DNA of 64,000 bases from the human T2T-CHM13v2.0 reference genome, Homo sapiens, in assembly GCF_009914755.1 (NCBI RefSeq), contig NC_060948.1, one strand, 5' to 3'. Below are positions 54,901 through 64,000 of this stretch, piece by piece (position 1 is the stretch's first letter; every line of letters begins with the position of its first letter). The translations under genes and the position numbers were made by a program. The notes beneath the pieces are model-generated. The model was not told where the DNA came from and made no database searches. It saw only the letters and a list, made by a program, of their open reading frames with translations.

Positions 54901-55671
54901 TGATTCCATTCAATTTCATTCAATGATTCCATTGGATGATTCCATTCCATTCCATTGGATGATTCCATTTGATGATGACACCATTCAATTCTGTTTGATG
55001 ATTCCATTCGATGATTTTAAATTTGATTCCATTGGATGATACCATTTGTAAACATTCGATGATGATTCCATTCAATTCCATTCGTTGATTCCATTTGATT
55101 ACATTCGATTATGATTCCATTCGATTCCTTTTGATGATTCCATTTGATTCTATTCAATGATTCCATTCGATTCCATTCGATGATGATTCCATTCGATTCC
55201 ATTCGATTTATTCCATTTGATTCCATTCGATGATTCCTTTTGATACCATTCAATGATGATTCCATTCGATTCCATGTGATGATGATTCCTTTCGATTCTA
55301 TGTGATGATGATTCCATTCGATTTCATTTGATGATTCCATTTGATTCCATGTGATGATGACTCAATTCGGTTCTATTGGACGACTCCATTTGATGATGAT
55401 TCCATTCGATGATTCCATTCAATTTCATTCAATGATTCCATTTGATGATTCCATTCCATTCCATTGGATGATTCCATTCGATGATGATACCATTCAATTC
55501 TGTTTGATGATTCCATATGATTCCATTTGATGATTCCATTCGATGATTTTAAATTCGATTCCATTGGATGATACCATTTGTATCCATTCGATGATGATTC
55601 CATTCAATTCCATTCGTTGATTCCATTTGATTACATTCGATTATGATTCCATTCGATTCCTTTTGATGATT
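51947..55671 (+). repeat. Human satellite 2 (HSATII), CATTC strand on +
   Basis: CATTCGATTC / CATTCGATGAT(GAT)TC units of 23-26 bp, diverged. Confidence 0.9.
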
Positions 55672-58600
55672 GATGGAATGGCGACGAATGGAATATAACC
55701 GAATGGAATGGCATCGAATGAAATGGAATGGAACGAAATTTAATGGACTCGAATGGAATGGACTGGAATAAAAGGGAATCGAACGGACTGGAATGGAACG
55801 GAACAGAATAGAATGGAACCGAATTGAATGGAATGGAGCCGAATGGAATGGAACCGAATGGAATGGAATTGAATGGTTTGAAAAAGAATAGAATGGAATG
55901 GAGTGTAATGGAAAGATATTGAATTCTATGGGATGGAGTGGAATGGACTCGAATGGAAAGGAGTGTAATGGAATGGAATCAAATGTAATGGACTGGAGTG
56001 GATTGGACACGAGAGGAATGGAAACGAATGGAAAGGAAGAGCATGGAATTGAAAGAAATAGAGTGGAATGGAATCAGATGGTATGGAATGGAATGGAATG
56101 GTGATGAATGGAAATGAATCAAAAGCAATTGAATCGAATGGCATGGAAAGGAAAAGAATGGAATGGAATGGAATGAAATGGAATGGAATATACTTGAATG
56201 GAATAGAACAGAATGTAATGGCAAAGAATGGAATGGAATGGAATAGAATGAAATGGAATGCATTGGACCCAAATGTAATGGACTCGAGTGGAATGGAATG
56301 AAATTGAATGGACCCGAAAGGAATGGTCTCTAATGGAATTTATTCAAATAGAATTGAATCGAATGGAATGCATTATTAGGGAATGGAATCGAATGGAATG
56401 GAATCAAATGGAATTGACTGAAACCAAATGTACGTAAATAGAATGGACTCGAATGTATTGGATTGAAAAGTAATTGATTTGAATGGAAGGGAATCAAAAG
56501 TAATGTAATCAAAAGGAATGGAATGTCATGAAAAAGAATGGAATAGATTGGTATGCAATACAGTGGAACGGAGTGGAATCGACTGGAATGGAATTCCATG
56601 GAATGTAATCGAATGGAACGGAATCAAATGAAATGGACTGGAAAGGAATGGACTCGAATAGAATGAACTGGAACACAATGGAATCGACCAGATTGGAATG
56701 GAATGGAATAGAATGTACTCAAATGGCATTGAGTCGAATGAAATGGAACCAAATGGAATGGAAACGAATGTAACAGAATTGAATGGAATTGTAAAGAATA
56801 CAATGGAATGGAGTGTAATTCAAAGATATTGAATGTAATGGAATGGAATGAAACGTACTTGAATGAAATACATTCGAATGGAATGAATTGGAATTCAATG
56901 GACTCTAGTGGAATGGACTGGAATGGAATGGACTTGAATGGAAGGGACCACAGTGGAGTGGATCGAAAGGAAGGGAAACGAATGGAATGGAATGGAATAG
57001 AATGGAATGGCATCGGATTTAATGGTATCGAATGGAATGCAATTGAACAGAATCGAATCGAATGGAATGACATCAAATGGAATGGAATGGAATGGGATGG
57101 AATGGGATCGAATGGAATGGACTCGAATGGAATAGAATCAAAAGGATTGGCATGGAATGGAATGGAACTGAATGGAAAGGAATGGACCCAAATGGAATGG
57201 ACTCGAATGGAATGGACTCAAATAGAAAGGAATCGAAAAGAATGGTCTCTAACGGAATTTATTCAATAGAATGGAATCGAATGGAATGCAATAGCATGGA
57301 ATGGAATTGAAAGATATGGAAGAAAATGGATAGGAATGGAATGGACTGGACTGGACTAGAAGGGAATCGAATGTAATGGATTGCAAAGTAATTGATTCGA
57401 ATGGATTAGAATAAAATGGAATGTAATAAAACGGGAGGGAATGGAATGCAACGGATTGGAAAAGAATGGAATGCAATAAAATGGAAATGTGTGAAATCGA
57501 GTGGAATAGATTTGAATGGAATGGAGTCAAATGGAATGGAATCAAATGGAATGGACTGGAATGGAATGGACTACAATGGAATGAACTGGAACAAAATGGA
57601 ATGGAATGGATTGGAATCGAAAGGAAAGATAAGGAACGGAATGGAATGGACTCAAATGGAATTGACTCGAATGGAATGGAACCAAATGGAATGAAATTGA
57701 ATGGAATGGAAATGAATGGATTCGAAAGGAATAGAATGAAATGGAGTCTAAAGGAAAGATGCCAAATGGAAAGGAATGGAATGGAATGTAGTTGAATGGA
57801 ATGGAGTGGAATGGAATGGACTCGAATGGAATGGACTGGAGTGGAATGGACTCGAATGGAATGGAAAAGAACTGAATGGCATGGAATGGTAAGGAAAGTA
57901 ATGGAATGTTAAGTAAGAGTATGGAATGGAATCATATGGAATGGAATGAAATGGAAAGGAATGGAATGGAGTCGAATGGAATAGAATCCACAGGAATGTC
58001 TCCAAATGCAATGGAATGGAATGGAATGGAAAGAAGTCGAATGGAATGGAGTATAATGGAATGGAATGGAATGGACCCAAATGTAATGTACTCACATAGA
58101 ATGGACACACATGGAGTAAACTTGAAAGGAATTACCTTGAATGGAATTTATTCGAATAGAATGGAATCGAAAATAAAGCAATAATATGGAAGGGAATCGA
58201 ATGGAATGTAGTCGAATGGAATGGACCAGAATGGAATGGATTGGAATAGAATGGCTCGAATGTAATGGACAGCAATGTATTAGATTCGAATGGAATGGAT
58301 TCAAATGGCATCGAATAGAATGGAATATAATTAAACGGAATGGAATGGAATACATTGGAATGGAATAGAATGGAATGGAATCTAGTGGAATGGAATCAAA
58401 TGGAATGGAATTGACTGGAATGGAGTGGAATGAAATGGGCTCGAATGGATTGGACGGAAACAAAATGAAATAGAACAGATTGGAATTGAATGGAAACGAA
58501 TGGAATTGAATGGAATGGACTCGAATGGAATGGTGTCGAATGGATGGAATCAAATGGAATGGACTGGAAAGGAATGGACTCCAATGGAATGGACTGGAGT

Positions 58601-61600
58601 GGAATGGACTGAAATGGAATGGAATGGAATGTAAAGGAATGGAATGGAATGGAATGGAATGGAATGGAATGGAATGGAATGGAATTGATTAGAATGGAAT
58701 GGAATCAGATGGAACGGAATGGAATGAAAAGGAGTTGAATGGAATGGCATCAAATTCAATGGAATGGAAGGGAATCAAATTGAATGGAAATGAATGGAAT
58801 GCAAGGGTATGGAATGGAAAGGAATACAATGGAATTGAAATGGATGGAACGCATTTGAAAGGAATTGAGTCGAATGCAATATAATCGAATGGAATGGCAT
58901 CGAATGGAATTTAATGGAATGCAATGGAATGGACTCGAAAGGAAAGGATTTGAATGGAGTGGAATCGAATGTAATGGACTGGAGTGGAATGGACTCGAAT
59001 GAAATGGAAACGAATCGAATCGAAGGGAATGGAAAAAAAAAGGAATAGAATGGAATGGAATTGTATGTAGCAGAATGGAATGGAATGGAGTTGAAGAGAA
59101 TAAATTGGAATGGAATGGCACTTCGAATGGAATGGAATGAACTCTGATGGAATTGACTCGAATGGATTAAAAAGAATGGAATGCCATCGAATGAAATGGA
59201 ATGGAATTGAATGAAATGGACAGAAATATAATGGACCCAAATGTGATGGACTCGAATGGAATGGACTCAAATAGATTGGGATCGAAAAGAATGGCCTCGA
59301 ATGGAAATTATTCGAATAGAATGGAATTGAAAGGAATGGAATAGTATGGAATGGAATAGAATGGAATGGAATCAAACGGAATGGAACGTAATGGAACAGA
59401 TTGTAATAGAAAGTGCTCGAATGTAATGGATTTCAAAGCAATTGATTGGAATTGAGTGGAATAGAATGGAATGTAATCAAATGAAATGGAATGGAATGCC
59501 ATGGAATGAAATAGAATGGAATGCAATGGATTTAAATAGAAAGAAATGCAATGGAATGGAAAGGAGTGCAATCGAGTAGAATGGAATCAAATGGAATGGA
59601 ATCGAATGTAATGGACTGGAACGGAAAGGACTCCAATTGAATGCACTGCAAAAAATGCAAACGAATGGATAGGTATTGAACGGACAAGAATGGAATGGAA
59701 CTGAAAGGAATGGACTCGACTGGAATGGAGTGGAATGGAATGGAATCGAATAGAAAGGACTGGAATTGAATGGAAACTAATTGAAAGGAAATCAATGGAA
59801 TGGAAAGAATGAAATACAATGGAAAGGAATGCAATACAATGGAACAGAATGGAATGAAAAGGTATAGAATGGAATGCAATCATGTGGAATGGAATAGAAT
59901 GGAATGGAATGGACTCCAAGGGAATGGACTCAAATGGAATAGAATGGAAAGGAAGGGCATGGAATGGAATTTAAAGGAATGGAATAGAATGCAGTGCACC
60001 GAAATGTAAGGGAATCAAAAGGAAGTTACTCAAATGGAATTTATTCGAACAGAATGGAATCAAATGGAATGCAACAGTATGGAATGGCATCAAATAGATT
60101 GGAATCGAACACAGAGGACTGGAGTGGAATGGACTGGAATAGAACGGACCAGAATGCAATGAATTGCAATGTAATCGATTTGAATGGAAAGGAATCGAAT
60201 GGAATGTATTCAAATGGAATGGAATGGAATGCAATGGAATGGAATAGAATGGAATACAATGGAATGGAATGGAGAGGAAACGAGTGGAATGGAATGGAAT
60301 GGAATGGAATGGAACGGAATGGAATCTATTGGAATTGATTGAATTGGAATGGACTGGAAAAAAATGGAATTGAAATGATTGGAATCAAGCGGAATGGAAT
60401 GGAATGGAATGGAATGCAATGGAATGGAAAGGAATGGAATGGAATGGAACAGAATGGAACGGCCTAGAATGGATTGCACTGAAATGGAATGGACTGGAAC
60501 AAAATGAAATCGAACGGATTGGAATCGGGCAGAATTATATGGAATGGAAGGGAAGGGAATTGACTCGAACAGAATGTAGTCGAATGGAATGGAATCGAAT
60601 AGAATGGAATTGAATGGAATCGAAATGAATAGAATTAAATTGACTGTAATGGAAAGATATCGAATGGAAGGGAATGGAAAGGACTCGAATGGAATGGACT
60701 GGAATGGAATGGATTCAAAGGGAATGTAGTGGAATGGAATGCAGTAGAATGTAATGGAAAGGAATGGAATGGAATGGAAAGGAACGGAAAGGAATAGAAT
60801 GGAATGGAATCAGATGCAACAGAATGAGATGGAATAGATTCAAATGAAATGGACTCCAATGGAATAGAATAGAATGGAATGGCATCGAATAGTATGGCAT
60901 GAAAGGGAGTGTAGTGGAAAGATATCAAATAGAATGGAATGGACTCGAATAGAATCGACTGGATTGGAATTTACTCGAATGGAATGGAATAGATTGCAAG
61001 GGACTCGAATGGAATGGAAACGAATGGAATGGAATGGAATGGAATGGAAAGGAATAGAATGGAATGGAATCAGATGGAACGGAACAGAATTTAATGGAGT
61101 CAAATCGAATAGAATCGAATGGAATGAAACGGAATGGACTCGAATGAAATGGACTAGAATGGAAAGGAATCTAATGGAATGGCATGGAATGGAATAGAAT
61201 TTAAAGGAATAGACTGGAATGGAATCGGATGGAATGGAACGAAATTTAATGGAGCCAAATGTAATAGAATCCAACAGAATGGCAATGAATGAATGAAATG
61301 GAATGGACTCGAATGAAACGGACTAGAATGGAATATAATCGAATGGAATTCCATGGAATGGAATGGAATGGACCAAAATATAATACACTCGAATGGAATC
61401 AACTCAAATATAATGGAAACGAAAGGAATGGTCTCGAATGGAATTTATTTGAATTTAATGAAATCTAATGGAATGCAACAGTATGGAATGGTATTCAATG
61501 GAAAGGAATCGAATGGAATGTACTGGTATGGAATGGAGTGAAATGGAATGGACTCGAATGTAATGCATTGCAAAGTAATTGATTTGAATGGAATGGAATC

Positions 61601-64000
61601 GAATGGAAAGTAATCAAATGGAATGGAATGGAATGGAATAGAATGCAATTCAATGGACTGGAATCGCATGGAAAGAAGTGGAATAGATTCGAATGCAATG
61701 GAAAAGAAAGGATTGGAATCGAATGGAATGGACTCGAAAGGAATGGAGTGGAATAAAATGGAATTGAATGGATTGGAATCGAACAGAACGGAATGGAGTG
61801 GAATGGAGTGGAATGGAATGGAATGGAATGGAATGGAATGGAATGGAATGGAATGGAATGGAATGGAACCGAATGGAATGGAGTCAAATGGAATGGAAAT
61901 GAATGGAATGGAAAGGAACAGAATGGAATAGTGTGGAATGGATAAATATGGAGTGGAATGGAATGGAATGGAATGGAATCAAAAAGAATGGGCGGGGTAG
62001 TTATGGAATCCAATGGAATGGACTACAACGGAATGGACTCGAATGGAATGGAAACGAAGGGAATGGAAAGGAATAGAATGGGTACGAATAGAATAGAATG
62101 AAATAGGATTGAACAGAATGGAATGCAATGGAGTGGAATGGAATAGAATCCAATGGAATGGCATTTAATGGAATGGAATGGAAAGGAATGGACTCGAATG
62201 AAATACAACAGAATGGAATGACATAAAATTAATTGGAAAGGAATGGAAAGGACCCAAATGTAATGGACTAGATTGGAATTTACTCAAATACAGTGGACTT
62301 GAAAGGAATGGTGTCAAATGGAACTTATTCTAATAGAATGGATTCAAATGGAATGCAGTAGAATGGAATGAAATCGAATGGAATGGATTTGAATGGAATG
62401 CAGTAGTATGGAATGAAATCGAATGGAATGGAATAAAATGGAAATGAATTTAAGTGAATGGACTGGAATAGAACGCATAACAATGTAATAGATTGCAATG
62501 TAATTGGTTTGAAAGGAAAGGATTCCATTGGAATATAATCAAATGGAATGCAATGGTATGCAATGGAATGTAATAGAATGGAATGCAATAAAATGGAATG
62601 GAGTGAAATCAAATGGAATGGAATCGAATGGAATGGAATTGAATGGAATGGATTCGAATGGAATGCACTGGAATGGAATGGATTTGAATGGAAAGGAATG
62701 GAACGAAATCGAATTGAACAGTTTGGAATCGAATGCAATGTAATGGAATGGAATGGAATGGAATGAAATGGAATGGAATGGAATGGATTCGAAAGGAATT
62801 GAAGGCTAGAATAGAACTGAATGGAACTGAATGGAATAGAATGGAATGGAGGGTAATGGAAAGACATCGAAAGGAATGCAATGGAAAGGACTCGAATGGA
62901 AAGGACTGGAATGAAATGGACTCGAGTGGAATGGACTGAAATGGAATGGAGACGAATGGATTGGAATGGAATGGAATGGAAAGGATTGGAATGGAATGGA
63001 ATCTGATGGAATGGAATGGAATGAAGTGGTGTTGAATGGAAAAGAATCATATGGAATGGCATTGAATGGAACGGAATAGAATGGACAGAAATAGAATGGT
63101 ATCGAATGTAATTTATTTGAATAGAATGCAATCGAATGGAATGCAATACTATGGATTGGAATCGAATGGAATGGAACGGAATAGATAGGACTGAAATAGA
63201 ACGGACTCGAATGAAATGGATTGCAATGTAACTCATTCAAATGGAATCGAATTGAATGGAATATCATCTTATGAGATGGAATGCAATGCAAAGAAATGGA
63301 ATAGAAAGCAAAGTAAAGGAAAGGAACGGAGTTGAATCGAGTGTAATGGAATCAAATGGAATGGAATCGAAAGGAAAAGACTGGAATGGAATGGACTCGA
63401 ATGGAATGCATTTTAACAAAATGGAATTGAAAGTATTGGAATCGAACGGAAAGGAATTTAATGGAAAGGAATTGAATAGAATTGAAAGGAATAGAATGGA
63501 ATTGAGTGTAATGGAATGATATCGAATGAAATGGAATGGAAGGTAATGGACTCAAATGGAATGGACTGTAAAGGAATGGACTCGAAAGGAATGGACAGAA
63601 CTGGAAAGGACTCGAATGAAATGGAAATGAATAAAATAATTTTGAATGGAATAGAATAGAATGGAATGGAATCAGATGGAACGGAATGGAATGGAATGGA
63701 CTTGAAAGGAATGGACTCGAAAGAAATAGAATAGAATGGAATGGAAGGGAAGGAGTTTAATGGAAAGATATCGAATGAATTTAAAGGAATGGAATGGAAT
63801 CGAATGGAATAGACTGGATTGGAATTTAATGGAATGGACTGGAGTGGAATTTACTCGAATGGAATAGAATGGAGTGGAATGAACTCGAACGAAAAGTAAA
63901 CAAATGGAATGGAATGGAATGGAGTGGAATGGAATGGAATGGAACGGAAAGGAATAGAATGAAATGGAATCAGGTTGAAAATAATGGAAAGGAATGGAGT
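55672..64000 (-). repeat. Human satellite 3 (GGAAT)n, GGAAT strand on +, continuing past the window end
   Basis: GGAAT pentamers with GGACT/CGAAT variants; lacks the HSat2 GATGAT periodicity. Confidence 0.95.

Noticed and set aside
52005-63555. MEWNG / FHSIP ORFs
   Set aside because: HSat2/HSat3 pentamer translations

Overview
Human pericentromeric DNA; an AluYb8 indicates human origin. No intact protein-coding gene, RNA gene or CRISPR array is supported. From left to right the window is a segmental-duplication mosaic: old L1; a GC-rich leader and ~5.6 kb CAGGG/CCCTG array with an internal inversion; a 1.8 kb (GATGA/GAAAT)n array; a TRIM43-like RING/B-box exon with a candidate promoter; repeat-rich DNA; one NAALAD2-type exon; a deleted HERV-L provirus with a nested, oppositely oriented MLT2A LTR; an IGKV1 orphon (resembles IGKV1ORY-1 from memory, so Yq11 is plausible but unverified) with a divergent, heavily decayed second V-kappa relic; a GGGCAAAAAGCC repeat; AT-rich DNA; then HSat2 (CATTC strand) fused directly to HSat3 (GGAAT strand). 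Nearly all ORFs in the track are repeat artefacts. I see no convincing new biological system. The most interesting signals are structural: two Alus at one endonuclease site, a nested inverted LTR, satellite polarity switches, compensating frameshifts, a hidden V relic, and co-location of DUX4-responsive element classes.
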